Notes: a model not told the origin generated them from the letters alone. Shown: positions 24,990 to 40,495, numbered from the stretch's first letter. The stretch is DNA of 64,000 nt from Chrysomallon squamiferum (GCA_012295275.1 CM022677.1:23498001-23562000), one strand, 5' to 3'. A program made the numbers and translations.

Positions 24990-25330
24990 AGGTCAATAAA
25001 TAATTACCTTCAGAAATTTCTTGTAGGCCGATAGAAAGGATTTGTTGTGGTGCTTCCATTGTCTCTATAGCCTTGCATTTCATAGAAGCTCTAAAGTGTA
25101 ACACTTCAGTTCTACCCACAGTTGGTGCGTGAGTATGTTCATTGGCATTAGCAATGATTGCTCCATTCAAAACTTTAACTTTAGCTTTACATTGTCACTG
25201 TTTTATTTGCCTTTTTGCATAATTCACACTCATAAAATACTACACCATTTGCAAGATCTTTTTACTTAACTTAGATATAGTCATCATGAATCAACACGTT
25301 TTTGCCTCAAGGAGAAGTAATCGTATCCAT
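24990..25330 (-). mobile_element. Degenerate FLYWCH zinc-finger (MULE-type transposase N-terminus) relic in gene B intron
   Basis: Across stops/frameshift reads MDTITSP*GKNVLIHDDYI*VK*KDLANGVVFYECE...QCKAKVKVLNGAIIANANEHTHAP, matching the FLYWCH C..C..HxH pattern. Confidence 0.65.
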
Positions 25331-25613
25331 GTTGGATGATAACATTTGCAAATGCACCAGTGCAATTAAAAGGCGAGTTCTAAATCAATTAACAAATCTA
25401 TAATTTTTTTTTTTCTGCTATAGGTAGCACTTACTGAAGCTGAGAAGTGAACAGTTTTAGTGTTTTTTTTGTTTTTATTCAGTTAACTGGAGGTTAAAGA
25501 GAAGGATACTTGACAGATAAAATAGGTAGGCAGGCGGCAATTGTCACAGGGGGAAATGACCTAAGGGGAAATCACTGAGGGAAATATATGGGGTGAAATG
25601 CATTGAAACCATG

Positions 25614-25644
<31 letters not shown>

Positions 25645-25872
25645 ATACATATTAAACTATTGCTACAATGACAGGCTGTTGTTTTGTTTTATTTATTATA
25701 TCTAGTTGTAAAAGCAAGCTCGTAAAGATGCAGACTGGCAAATATCTTTCACTTTAGTTTCTAAATATCACATTTCACTTGTAAATTGTATCAAAAGTTA
25801 TATATACCTGTGTGTGTGTGTGTGATAAAAAATGTGAATATTAATGATACAAAAACAAAGATCATACATTAC

Positions 25873-26056
25873 CTCTCGATGTGAGGAATCCATTGAAAAG
25901 AAGTTGTATTATAATAAGGCTCATTTAGTTTCTTTTTCTGCAGTATATAGAATGATGGAATATAACTATTTATTTTGTGTAATCTTTGTTTTCTGGTTCT
26001 GATCTTTTTCGTTTCTATTTTGTTTTCATTTTTTTCATTTTTATTTTCCTTTGATA

Positions 26057-26090
<34 letters not shown>

Positions 26091-26150
26091 ATTATACACT
26101 ATTTTACTGTTATGGTCTAAAAACAATCACATGTCGTCTGCAGTCACTGG
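25873..26150 (-). promoter_or_regulatory. Putative non-coding first exon / TSS region of gene B
   Basis: Donor GAG|GTAATG at 25873; 14-mer GACTGCAGACGACA (26132-26145, minus) is shared with the gene D 5' region (46166-46179). Confidence 0.4.
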
Positions 26151-28019
26151 ATGAAAGATAAGGCGTAAAATGCGGTTTTCAAAGATGAAGAATAATTCGA
26201 TTTACTAATTCACTGCAACATCAAAAATAAACATCGGTGAATATTTTGTTTTTAATCATTACGGTTTATATTGTTTTTATAATTATAATTATTATTATTA
26301 TTATTAAATGTTATTTATTTAAATTCAGATTTTACGTCCTACGGTCGAAGCGCAGATAACTCTATTTTGTTACTCTTTCATTTCTTCGAAACCAATTGCT
26401 TTAAAAGTGTTATAAGCTTTAACATAGTGTATGTGTGGTGTGTGTATGTGGGGGAGGGCTGGAGAAAAAAAATAATGAACACTTCTTGACCAGTTTAGCT
26501 AAAGACCTCGCAGCACTTTCTTATGTGTCTTTTATTTTATTTATTTATTTATTTTTTATTCAGATGGTGCCTGGAACAAAAAAGAAAAGAAAAAGAAAAA
26601 GAAAAACGAAATTGAGCCAGACTGTTTTCAGAATGAAAGGGATCTCCAAATTCTTCGACACATATCTTCAAGTTTGGAATTGTTAAACTTCATTTCCGTT
26701 TTCAACTCCAAATACTGCTTGACCACTCCCCTTGTTCATCTGCTTGCAGACATATGTTATTCAATATGTGATTGACATGGCACTGTTGCCGATCTCCACA
26801 TTGATGTAGATTAAATGTTTGTCCAGGAATGGACAAAATGGATCAACCCATTAGTTGTTAATAAATATTTCCTGGTTTTATGTAGAGCATGAATAATAAA
26901 AAAAAATCAACAACAAACAAACAAAAGACCATCTTATGTAGTTCTTCTGTACACTATTTAGTTTCTAGGGTACATTCTCATGCACAAATAGTAACTTATG
27001 CACAGATACACTAGCCTGAGAATTTCACAAGCAACATGGATCTCGTTTTCTTGATGGTTTCAAACAACTCGGAATTATCCTTTTAAGCTGGACGTTCTGC
27101 ACTGTTGGGAGAATCAGTATGATTGGGATTAATCCTTTCCTTTAGCCAAAACATTTGGCTTTCTTTCAGTTATGTTTCTGTAAAACATTATCTAACTAAC
27201 CCTTCACTATCAACAGTCCAGGTGTTGTCACCTCTGATGACCAATATGTAGGTTTCTCTTCTTGCTTTCTTGAAGCCTGATTTGAGCAAGGATTGTGTGG
27301 ACTAAGGAACTTTTGAAGAGTAAGAATTAGATCCACTTCAAATCTTGAAATGTGTTCCTCTTAGTTTATGCTTGCTCTCGATCATCTTGATTTAAGTACA
27401 TTTGTAAAAATTGCTTCTGTTTATTTGATAGTGACATGAGAGACCCATTCACGTGGTAAACATGGTCGTGGATTAATTCTTAAAATAATTTTCCATCCTG
27501 GTAATGCTGCATCCTTGGATGTCACTGAAAAACAGTTGTTGTAGACTCCGAGTTGCTGAAGGAACTTTTTTTTTATGATTTTAGAGACGTTCCATCCAAA
27601 TGGTTCAGGTGATGAACACAAAATCTGAACCAGGAACTTGTCATTGATGAACACATTTCTTCTACTTCAGTCTTAATCAATAATCCATTGCAGTGATCAC
27701 AGCTACCAAACATTGATCCAGTTGATATCTTTGGCTAAAAAGCTTCATCCGTGCCGGACGCAACTCTGATGAGGTTGGAGAGTTAGATGTTCTGAATCTC
27801 CTCACTGCTGTTGAACTGGTAGGTCGTCTGGTTAGGGTTTGCCATTCTCATCCTTGCAGCTGTAACAAGTACCCTGGATGGATTGGCTTTGCTCATGAAT
27901 TTCTGCTTCTCTGGATCTCATCACTTTCGTATTTTTTCTTTTTTGTGTATTTAATGTATTTTATGGTTACGATTAACTTTAGCTCAAGAGATGGACTACA
28001 CTAAGAATATGCATAAAGC

Positions 28020-28054
<35 letters not shown>

Positions 28055-28869
28055 ATAAACAAATAAATAAATAAATTTAAAAAGGTAGAAATTAAAGAAA
28101 AAACTTAAATTTAATATTAAAGAAAAAAACACAACAATTAGCACGTTTTTGTTCATTAGAAACACAACAAACACAATACACTTTTAAAACTGTATTAGCG
28201 CTTGCACCGAATATCCAGTATAGGAATAGAGTACTAAAATAATTTGTGTCAACAATCATATAAGGTTTATACAAGCAGAAAAGGAAATATATATATCTAA
28301 GTAGTTTCCCAGGTCAAGCCTGATCTGGCGCCGTGCCTTCAGGGGCCAGCGACCGTTCCCTAAGAATCGTTCCACAGTTCTCCCCCAACAAAACACATTC
28401 ACGGCTTATTATTTGGCAGACCGAATCAAAACTAATGACAGAAGTGACATTTTACAGGCGGAAAATAAAAATGTTCTTCTGTCACAGTCTGAATGGTTAG
28501 ATATTATAATGTTATCTGTGTACATGTCCCAACAGCTATCAATACTTTAAATTTTTTTTTTTTTTTAAATAAATGTATATATACTTTTTAAAACATTTTT
28601 TTTTCAATTAATTTGCATTAATTAGCATTAATTTGCCTTTTGACTTCATATATATTGATAGCACAAGAACTAACTTGCTAAGAACTGTTTTCGTAATCAA
28701 ATCTTTGCATAAAGATTTTGTATGAAATTGGGCAGACTATGAAAGAAATGCATAATTTCTAACTGTACATGATTAAAAATCCCATGTAAACTCAGCTTAG
28801 TCACTCGACGATTATTTTGAAACGATACATTTGTCTGTTGGTTCTGCGTTGTTTACCAAACTTCACATG

Positions 28870-29130
28870 TGAAGAAACGAATGATGATGAAGCTGAACAT
28901 TATATACTAAATTATGATGTTTGTTGTTTATGAAAATATGATAAAATCAAAAATCAAAAATCAAAATAATGACAAAACTCGAATGATGGGACCGCGTCCA
29001 AGACAGCAAAAGACGTAATCATTCCGTTGACGTCATTAACGTATGACGTATTTCTTTCGAACATAAAAACACGCAATCTCTATTATTTACACAGAAGTAA
29101 AAGAGAGACGCCATATTAGACATACCCTTA
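28870..29130 (+). promoter_or_regulatory. Putative promoter and non-coding exon 1 of gene C
   Basis: Block similar to 45925-46010 upstream of gene D; locally CpG-rich; perfect CRE palindrome TGACGTCA at 29028-29035; donor GTAAGT at 29131. Confidence 0.45.
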
Positions 29131-29154
29131 GTAAGTTTCTTCTTTCTGTCTTTC

Positions 29155-29196
<42 letters not shown>

Positions 29197-31140
29197 GAAA
29201 AAGCAACAAGTAAATAATGAAAAAATATAGATAAATAGATAGATTAGATAAATAGATCGGATAGATGATAGATAAATATAGATATGCAACAATTTGTAAG
29301 AAATAAACATAACCATCACAGATACTTTGAAAATTTCTTATAAAATGAAGGAATGTTTTAAAACTTAAAAATGATAAAAAAAAAAAAAAAAATAAAAAAA
29401 ATAAAAATGTATTTACTATTATTTGGAAATGCACTTGTGTTTGAGCTTTTTGCTATAAATATCGAATTTGGATGTATCTACTGGTCAAGTTAAGTCTGTT
29501 TGTATTTGAACGGAAAATAATAAAAAACGTTAAAGCATCAACACATGTAAGATGCATTTAGTCTATATCCAAAGTTTCGAATTTTATAACATAGCAAATG
29601 ATATACATGTTGCGAAGAAAGATTTTCACTAACTCCCCACTCACTCTCTTGACTTAATTACTCCCCTGCATTAGTTAAGGGAGACTGGTGCAGTAACTAT
29701 TATTAATAATGCAGTGGGCAATTCAAGTAGTCATCTTCAAATCTTCTCAGTTGAACATTCTACAAGCAGTGAACCATCCCTAAATTGTTTAATAGTTTGG
29801 AACCACCGAGTCATTTTTCTGTGGCTAATGGTGACAATTCTGTGGCTAATGGAAGAACCAATAACCAGAAAACTTGGTCAGAACTGAAAAGAAATAATCT
29901 TCATTTTCTTTAAACTCTTTATGATAGATGCCGATGAGAATTCTTTTTAAGAGTCATTACACAGCCATACTAACAGTGGCGTGCAGAATGGAGTGTCCGA
30001 AGTGGCGAGCTGCCCTTGGCATTCAAATGGGGTGATGGCATCCAATCAGAGAGAAACATTTAATAAATTTGGTTGATTTGTATTTAAATCGAATAAAGTG
30101 TTTATTTTATGTTTCATCTATGTTTACTTATTCAAAATGTCTTCCTTTCTCATAACTGAGTTTGACGAGAATAAGCCTATTGATCAAGTCAGATAAAACA
30201 TGCCCTCACGCCTTCTTGAACTGGAGGCCAAACTTGGTGTATTGTCAGTGGCAGTAAACTCGGTTGCAGACATTAACCATGATTCAGCCACTCAGGATTC
30301 AACTTCACGGGTAGCACATCACGACAAACAAAGCACCTCATATACGAAGTTGTGCAGTTATTGGCCGCTCTAAGAATATTCACTCCTGCACCACGGTGAG
30401 GTTAGTGCAAATGCAGCGGCATATGAATGGGCAGATTAATATTAATATCAACTATTAGGCCGAACGTACGCTTTAACCACAGACATCCTACCAAAACCAC
30501 CGAAAAACAGTCAATGGTTTGCACGTGCGTCATCCAGTTGCCCCATACGCCTGCATGGAGTGTCATTCTTTATTTAGACAATTTCCAAGAAGGTCGATTA
30601 ATCACTGTGGATTATTATTTAACTGTGGAATATTTTTTTTTTTGTTCTGTTGATCATACAGTTGTTATTGTTTCCTTCTTAATCATTTTGTAAAAAAAAC
30701 CTCCTGAACTTTTCAACTTCACTTCAGACCCGAATCCTCCATCATTTGGTGGTCACAGTTAATAAACCTTACAATTTTGACAATTGTAAATTCGTATTAG
30801 AGTTCCCTACTTTTTTTGGACCAGTATAAATTCAAGGAACAATTTTAATTTCTTTTTTTCTTGATTACAATATACGTTTATTTACTCATAAGAACAATTT
30901 CTTAGACCTTTAGTTAATAAAAGCTAAAGAATGACAGAGCTCATTTGTATTAATTACTTTTTCCATTACTGCCTACTGGAATGAAAGAATAATAATAATA
31001 ACAATAATAAATTATTCTTACCAGAAACAGATATATAGATTTGCTCAGTCACTTTATTATTATTTTATTTATTTTATTTATTTATTTATTTATATTTATT
31101 TTTGTTTGTTCGTTTGTTTTTCCAGATAAAGAAATTCGAC

Positions 31141-31866
31141 ATGAACTCTATTATTAAACAAGCCTTAATTCAAGAAGTACTCATTTCGTTAGGTGTGTAT
31201 AGTTCAATTATATAATTGCTGTTTGTATTATTCTGTCAGTCTGGTTGCATAATCATTAGGTAATTCAAAATTATATAACTATATCTATTAAAAAGATCCT
31301 ACATAATATATTGGAACTAGGTTTCACATTCCTTTGTGATAGTTTATTTTTCGAGGCAACTTTAGCCAGGCAATAATAATAAAATCCCTTTTCTTTGTAA
31401 TCTCTGCCGCATGCCCAATACAGTCAACGTGATTTTGTAATAAGAAAAGTCAGCGTATGTCGGTTTTAGCTTCATACAGTCATAATTAAACTTGTAGACG
31501 GCCTTTAGAGGTGATGTACAACATGTACATCCAAAAACTCGAGAAAATCCAATATTCCAAAACGCCTATCCCAAATCATTTTGGATGAAGGATTATGGAC
31601 CAGTAACTATTCCCGTGCATCGGAAGTAGCATGTTGTAATCTAGATATTTTTCGTCACAACTGTTAATTTCTTCTTCTGTCTACACATCTGGACAGAGGT
31701 GTGAATCAGTATTCAGCCAGTTACAATAGTGGTAACACAAAAATTAAACCTATAATTATAGTAATGTCTGATTCTAGCCAACCTCCTAATAACCTTATCG
31801 ACTCACAACAATTAGTCTCATTCCTAATAATTCGGTATCTGATAGGCATTTTCATACATATATATA

Positions 31867-31920
<54 letters not shown>

Positions 31921-32227
31921 AAATAATAATGACAATAAGTAAGTAAATAAATAAATAAATAAATAAAATTCCCAGAATGTGATCAGTATCCCTGATTAAG
32001 TTGTCTTCTAGGATTATTCAAAGCCCAGCGTCTACAGTTATAATCCGTTATGACGTATAACATATGTCAGCCATATAACATCATGACACTAAACTCTTAT
32101 GATTGAAAATACTTTATGTTGAAGAAAATATTTAATATTCATAATATCATAATCATAATTTTTACCATTAGTATAAAAATCGAATGACGCGACTTCGATA
32201 TACTCAGGAACGACAATGGATTAATTA

Positions 32228-32296
<69 letters not shown>

Positions 32297-32556
32297 GCCA
32301 TAGTTATCTTTGTTTAAAGTTTTAGGAAAGTCGAAATCAATGGAAGGAGATTCTACAGGTAAGACCTGCATTTTTTGAATGTTGCAAAGAAAGAAAATAT
32401 TTGATTTATGAATTTTGGAGGGATATGGCAATAGAACTAACAAGACTTAATTCCTACTCTGAATTACTGGCATTATCTATTTTTAGCAGATGTTGCTCTT
32501 TGAATGTTATTTTGTTATGTGAGAAGATTCTATTACCTTCCATAAATAAAAAAGAC

Positions 32557-32601
<45 letters not shown>

Positions 32602-33558
32602 TTCAATTTTTATTTCTGTCTGCACTTTCTTTCATTACATTATTTTATTTTGTATTTATACAGACTAGATTATGTTTATCAAAATGATGATGACAACAAT
32701 ATTAGTGGTATAAGAAAAAGTAGCATAGTAATAATAGTAGCAGTCCTTATTGTTATTGTTATAATTCTGCTTTTTCAATTTAACGTTTATAAACAGTGGA
32801 TGGTGGATGGAGTGAGTGGGTGTCTAAGAGGAAAGACTGTTCTGTCACGTGCGGAAAAGGAGTAATCGTGCATGAAACTAGTCGTAAATGCAACAGTCCT
32901 AAACCACTGTTTGGTGGGAAATATTGCAAAGGCTTGGCATTAAGCACTACAGATTTGGTTTGTCTAAAAGCACCATGTCCAGGTAATGCATTGGTAATTT
33001 ACTATATCTTCTGTTAAGAAAACCTATCGATCTGCAGTTATAGTTAATAAGAATAGCTTAATCTGCTGAATTATTAATGTCAGACAGTGAATATAAATTA
33101 TTCTACTTTTACATGATCTTCCTCTTCTTTTTCCTGCTATTGTTCTCGTTGTCATTTTACTATTACTGATCCCTCTACTACTGTTCTACTATTAATACTG
33201 CAACTACAACAACAACAACAACAACAACAACTACTACTACTACTACTATTATTATTATTATTATTCAGGAAATTCTAAATCATTCGTAGCAGGTCTTGCA
33301 GGTAAGAACAAAAATCATTTAAACTAAAAATTGTGTATAAAAGTACGTTGTTCAAAAAAAAGTAATTGTTATGATGCTGCCCAGGATGATGAATAACATT
33401 TATTTATTCACTGATTCCGTTATCATATAAAGAAGAAATAATTTTATTAACATTAAGAGTAACTATGTTTCTATAATTATAGTTACTAAGAATAATTTAT
33501 TAATTTCTGATCATCGGTGGGTCGATAAACTTATGTCCTCGTCTTCTTCTTCTTCTCC

Positions 33559-33625
<67 letters not shown>

Positions 33626-34878
33626 CATTATCATTTGTATAATATTAATGTATCATATTAAATCGTTGGAAGCAGATGATGCAGATAAGAAGAAAACATA
33701 CATGTCCGATTCACAGAAACAAAATCTTTTCGGCCATTATGAGTGTACTATATCTGAACTATGCTTAGCATTTAACTTCCAAATTTTATACAAAAGTATT
33801 AAGTTGGAATATACTGTATTCTTATTTTGAAAACGGTTTATAAAATTGCGAAGTTCAAATAGAAGTAATTTTATTATGATGACGATGACAATGAATAATA
33901 TTCATTTATTCATTTATTTATTTATGTGCGTATTTTTCACTTAATTCAGTTATATATTAAGAAAATAATAATTGTATTAACATTAAGAATAACTAATCTT
34001 TCAGTAATTATAGTTCCTAAGAATAATTTATTAATTTCTCACCATCGATAGGTCAATATATTTTCTTCTTATTATTATTATCACTGTAATCATCATCATC
34101 ATTATCATCATCATTAATTCATGTTTCATTTCTGTCTGTACTTTCTTTCATCATTTAATTTAATTTAATTTTACTTTATTTATACAGACTAGATTATGTT
34201 TATCAAAATGATGATAATAATATTAGTGGTATATGTAAAAGTAGCATAGTAATAATAATAGCAGTCGTTATTGCTATTTTTGTAATTTAGCTTGGATTTC
34301 TCCTATTTCAATTTAACGTTTATAAACAGTGGATGGTGGATGGAGTGACTGGGTGTCTAAGAGGAAAGACTGTTCTGTCACGTGCGGAAAAGGAGTAATC
34401 GTGCATGAAACTAGTCGTAAATGCAACAGTCCTAAACCACTGTTTGGTGGGAAACATTGCAAAGGCTTGGCATTAAGCACCACAGATTTGCTTTGTCTAA
34501 AACCACCATGTCCAGGTAATGTATTGGTAATTTACTATATCTTCAGTGCCTGGTTTTATTTTGTCCCTTAATTCTGTTATTTGTAAAACGATTTTCTTCT
34601 TCTTCTAAATATATTTTACATTTAAATTCAAAATTTTATTCGAAATTAGTAAGTTGCAAGCAACTGTATTCTGATTTTGAAAACTATGTATCGAATTGCC
34701 AAGTTCAAATTAAAGTAATTGGTACGATGATGGCGTTTATTTATTTATTTCCAGTTAATTCAGTTTTATAACTAAGAAGAAATAATTATATTAACATAAA
34801 CAAATAACTATCTTTCTACAGTTTTAGTTCCAAAATAATTTCTTCCTCCTCCTCCTTCTTCTTCTTCTTCTTCTTCTT

Positions 34879-34909
<31 letters not shown>

Positions 34910-35393
34910 TTATTATTATTATTATTGTTATTACTATATTAACGTTTGAGGAAAATCTGAATCACTGGAAGAAGACGATGCAGGTAAATATAAAACACAG
35001 ATTCACAGAACCCAAATCTTTTCGGCCATCATTCTGTGTAGCATATTTAAATAAGTTTTACATATAAACTGAAATTGTTCTACGACATATCTAACTTGAA
35101 AGCAGCTGCATTCTTATGTTGAAGACAGTGTTTAAAATGTCGATGTTCAAATTAAAGTAACTTTTCTGATGATGACAATAGCGATAAACAATATTTATTT
35201 ATTCATTTATTTATGTTTGTCCACTTAATTTAATTATGTATTAAAAACAAATAATTGAATTAACATTAAGAATCATTATCTTTCTATAATAATACCTCTT
35301 AGGAATAATTTCTTGATTTTTAAACATCGGTAGGTCAATACAATATCTCTCGTTGTTGTTGTTGTTGTTGTTGTTGTTCTTGTTCTTGTTCTT

Positions 35394-35458
<65 letters not shown>

Positions 35459-36402
35459 CATTTTAGCAACGTCCGAATCACTTGAAGAAAATGATTTAGG
35501 TAAGAAGAAAACATACAGCCCCGATTCGCTCAAACAACATCTTGGGAATTGTTCTGTGTAGCAATACTTAAAATGTAATTTCCGTTTAAATAAAACATTT
35601 GGTACAAAACTACTAAATTGCAAGCGACTTTATTATTATGCTGAAAACTGAATACAATTGCGAAGTTCAAATAAATGTAATTGTCACGATGACGATGAAT
35701 ACTATTTGTTTATTCTTTTATTTATGTATTTTCACACAACTTAATAATATACTAAGACGAAATAATTGTATTAACATTAAGAATAATTGTCTTTCTGTAA
35801 TTATGGTTCCTAAGAATAATTTATTAATTTCTAAACATCGATGGGTCAATATAATTACTTCTTCTTCTTCTTCTTCTTATTATTATTATCATTTACGTTC
35901 GAGGAAAGTCCGAATCACTGGAAGGAGACGATACAGGCAAGATGGAAACATAATGCTCCGATTCAAATAAATAAAACGTTTTGCGGGCATTATTCTGTGA
36001 AGCATATTTAAAACAATTTTTACATTTAAAGTGAAAAACATTGTATACGACATAACTAATTTGCAAGTTTCTGCATTCTTATGTTCAAAACTCTGTATAA
36101 AACTGCCATATTCAAATTAAAGTAATTGTCATGATGATGACGATGACTTGTTCAATTATATATTAATTATATATTATTCAATTATATATTAAGAAAGATA
36201 TTAGAATTAACATTCAAAATAACTATCTTTCTATAATAATAGTTCTTAAGAATAATTTATTAATTTTTGTACATCGATGGGTCAATGTTATTTCTGCTTC
36301 TGCTTCTTCTTCTTCTTCTTGTTATTATTATTATTGTTGTTGTTATTTTTGTTGCTCCTGTAGTTGTAGTTGTTGTTCTTCTTATCATCATCATCATCAT
36401 TA

Positions 36403-36494
<92 letters not shown>

Positions 36495-36953
36495 TTCGTT
36501 TGAGGAAAGTCCGAATCACTGGAAGGAGATGATGCAGGTAAGAAGAATATATATAGATCCGATTCACAGAAACAGCCCCATTTCGGCCATTTTTTCTGTT
36601 GTAGCATCTTTAAATATGTTTTGCATTTAAATTGAAAATTGTATTCGAAATTACTAAATTGCAAGATACTATATTCGTATTCTGAAAACTGTGTATAAAA
36701 TTGCAAAGTTCAAATTAAACTATAGTTTAAGATGATTACGATCATGATAAATAATATTTGTCTATTTACTTATTTAGCCTACTTAATTCAATTAAAGGTT
36801 AACAAGAAATTATTGTGTTAACATTAAAAACAAATAGTTTTTCTATAATTATAGATATTGAGAATAATTCTTTAATGTCTAAATATAAAATTGCATATAA
36901 ATTCGTTATCATTCTTTCTCATTGTCTTCTTCGTCATCATCATATTCTTCTTC

Positions 36954-36991
<38 letters not shown>

Positions 36992-37930
36992 GTTGCAGGA
37001 AAGTCTGAATCACTCGAACCAGATGATGCAAGTAAGAAGAAAACGTACAGTTCCGATTTACACGAACAGAATCTTTATTCTCTGTACCATATTTGAAATG
37101 TGTTTTGCATTTAAATTCATTTTTCTTTTTTCTTTCTTTCTTTTTTGCATTTGGTATATTCGTGCATACAAAATTACGAAATTTCAAACAACTGTATTGT
37201 TGTGTTGAAAACAATGTATAAAAGTTCAAATTAAAGTAGATATTAAGATGATGATGATGAATATTTGTTTATTTACTTATTTAGCCTACTTAATTAAATG
37301 TTAACCAGAAATTATTGTATTACCATTAAAAACAAATATTTTTTTCTATAATTATAGATATTGAGAATAATTAATTAATGTCTAAATATCGGTGGTTTAT
37401 ATAAATTCGTTATCATTCATCATCGTCTTCAACTTCTTCATCTTCTTCTTGTCCTTCTTATTCTTGTTCTTCTTCTTATTATTAATATTATACTGACGTT
37501 GCAGACAAGACCAAGTCACTGGAAGGAGATGAAGCAGGTAAGAAATATAAATTACAGGTGCGATTCACAGAAAGAAAGACGTTTTAGCCATTTTTCTGTG
37601 TAGAATCTTTAAAATGTGTTTTTTCATTTAAATTCACAATTTTATACTTTTGATATATTTCTGCGTATCAAATTACTAGATTTGAAGCAACTGTATTTTT
37701 ATCTTGAAAAATGTGTTCAAATAAAAGTCATTTCACGATGATGACGATGACGATGAATACAATTTATTTATTTTGTTATTTATTTATTTGCATTTAAAAT
37801 TTAATTATATATTATGAAGAAATGTTTGTATTAAGATTAAGAACAATTGTCTTTCCTCGATTCCTTAGAATAATTTATTAATGTCTAAACATTGGTGGAC
37901 TAATATAATTTAGTCATCATCTTCTTCTTC

Positions 37931-37999
<69 letters not shown>

Positions 38000-38971
38000 G
38001 TTTCAGGAAAGTCTGAATCCCTGGAAGGAGATAATGCAGGTCAGAAGAAAACATGCAGTTCCGATTTACACGAACTAAGTCTTTATTTGAAATGTGTTTT
38101 GCATTTTAGTTCAATTTTGTTTTATTATGTTTTATTTAATTAATTAATAAATTAATTTTTTATTTTTTTACATTTGGTATATTACTGATAAAAAATTACC
38201 AAATTGCAAACAACTGTATTTCTGTGTTGAAAACTATATATCATGATGAAGATGATGATAAATATTGATTTATTTACTTATTTAGCCTACTTACTTCAAT
38301 TAAATGTTAACAAGAAATTATTGTATTAACATTAAAAATATAAAAAGAATTCTGTAATTATAAATATTGAGAATAATTCATTAATGTCTAAATGTCGATG
38401 GTTAATATAAATTCGTCATCATTCTTTCATCATCGTCTTCTTCTTATTATTATTATTATTATCATTTGTATCATATTAATGTTTCAGAAAAGGGTAAATC
38501 ATTGCACCCAGATGAAGCAGGTAAGAAGAAAACATTCAGGCCAGATTCACAGAAACAAAATCTTGTCGGTCATTGTTCTGTGTAGCATGTTTAAATATGT
38601 TTTTCATTCAATATGATAATTTTATACAAAATTACTGAACTGTAAGCAACTGTATTCGTATGTTGAAAACTGTATATAAGTTCTTTCTAGATGTTATCAT
38701 AGATATACTTTTTTCAGTCAAAAATTGTGAAAAAGGAAATGAAATAAAAATTTAAATATATGACATAAACACATAACTCCTTATTTAGAAACAAATAATG
38801 TATTAACATTGTGAATAGTTATACTTCTATAATTGCAGTTCCAAACAATAATTTATTCATTTCCAAACATGAGTAGGTCAATATAATTTCGTCGTCGCCT
38901 TTTCCTTCGTTGTTATCATCGTCATCATCATCAACATCATCATCACCTTCTTTTCTTCTTCTCTTCTTCTT

Positions 38972-39002
<31 letters not shown>

Positions 39003-39430
39003 TTATTATTATTATTATTATTATTTTAACGTTTGAGTGACGTCCGAACCACTGGAAGAAGACTATTTCGGTAAGAAAAACACATACAGTTCCAATTCAC
39101 AGAAACAAAGTTCATTCGGCCATTATTTTGTGTAGCATTTTCACGAAATTACTCTGTTGCAAGCAGCTGAATTGTTATGTTCAATTTAATATACAATATT
39201 GTGAGGTTGAAATATGAATAATTATTATGCTGATGACAATCAATAATATTTATTTATTTATTCAGGAAAAATAACTGTATTAGCATTAAGAGTAAACATA
39301 TATGTATAAATACAGTTACTAAGAATGATTTATTAACTTGTAAACATCGGTGGGTCAGTACAATTTAGACATCTTCTTCTTCGACTTCTTGTTCTACTTG
39401 TTCTTCTTCTCCTTCTCCTTCTACTTCAAA

Positions 39431-39463
<33 letters not shown>

Positions 39464-40139
39464 GTAGTAGTAGTTGCTTTTGTTATGTGATTCTATTAAC
39501 GTTTCAGAACAGTTCGAAGTGTGGGAAGACGATGTAGCAGGTACGAATGAAACAAACAGTTCCGATTCACAGAAATAAATCCTAGGACATTTAAACATTT
39601 ATTAATTTGCAAGCAACTGCATTCTTACGTCAAGAACTGGGTATAATAGCGAAGATGAAATAAAATTAATTGTTATAATGATGTTGACGATGACGATGAA
39701 TATTATTTATTTATTCAATTTTTATATATTTAATTTATTCTTTTTATATATATATATATATTTATATTTATATGTTCACCAAATTCTATTATTTAAAATT
39801 GTATACGAAATTACTACATTGCAATCAAATGCTTTCTTATGTTGACTATAATGATAAATATTTACTCGTTTTTTTTATTAAAGAGATAATAAAAGTAGAT
39901 GGTGGATGGAGTAGTTGGATCTTTGAAACAACAGAGTGTAATGCCACTTGTGGAGATGGATTATTTGCGAAATTATGGCGTCGTGAATGCAACAATCCTG
40001 AACCACAGAACGATGGAATGGTGTGCCTTGGTGTTTCTCTGCATACTGATTTCTGGCCATGTGAAAATGTCACATGTCCAGGTAATACATTTAATAATAT
40101 TATTTATTTATTTATTAACTTATTTATTTATTTATTAAC

Positions 40140-40186
<47 letters not shown>

Positions 40187-40495
40187 TTTTGTGTGTATAT
40201 TTGTTTTTTTGTCTTAAGAAAAGTGAATATATAATTTTTCTTTCTGTAATTCTAGTTCTTCTTTTTCACCATCATCATCAACTTCATCATCATCATCATC
40301 ATCATTATCTTATTATTATTATTAGTATTATTTCAAAATTTCTGGAAAATTTATATCACTGGTTAGAAGTAGCCCAGATAAAACGAAGATAAATAAATAA
40401 TTTGAGAAAAAAACCACAAAAAAAAAAAACACACACACGAAAACAACAAATTCCAAATGTAATTACATGTATTTATTTTTTGATTAGTTGGGGTT

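Noticed and set aside
25435-25439. Minus-strand ctcag|CTTCA|gtaagt 5-nt candidate exon
   Set aside because: Not frame-preserving, no paralogous copy; may be chance
26640-27900. Possible decayed transposase fragments (ILLDHSPCSS; SPEPFGWNV)
   Set aside because: Motifs too degenerate to assign by eye; needs RepeatMasker/tBLASTx
32797-34515. 4 of 5 differences between C TSR1 and TSR2 are non-synonymous, suggesting positive selection
   Set aside because: Too few changes and close to the neutral expectation
36260-36706. Long ORFs with poly-I/L/N/Y/ER runs here and throughout the ORF track
   Set aside because: Translations of microsatellites
34900-39600. Regularly spaced ~33-nt conserved repeats resembling a CRISPR array
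   Set aside because: Eukaryotic context, spacers ~500 bp and homologous to each other, repeats bounded by AG/GT, no cas genes
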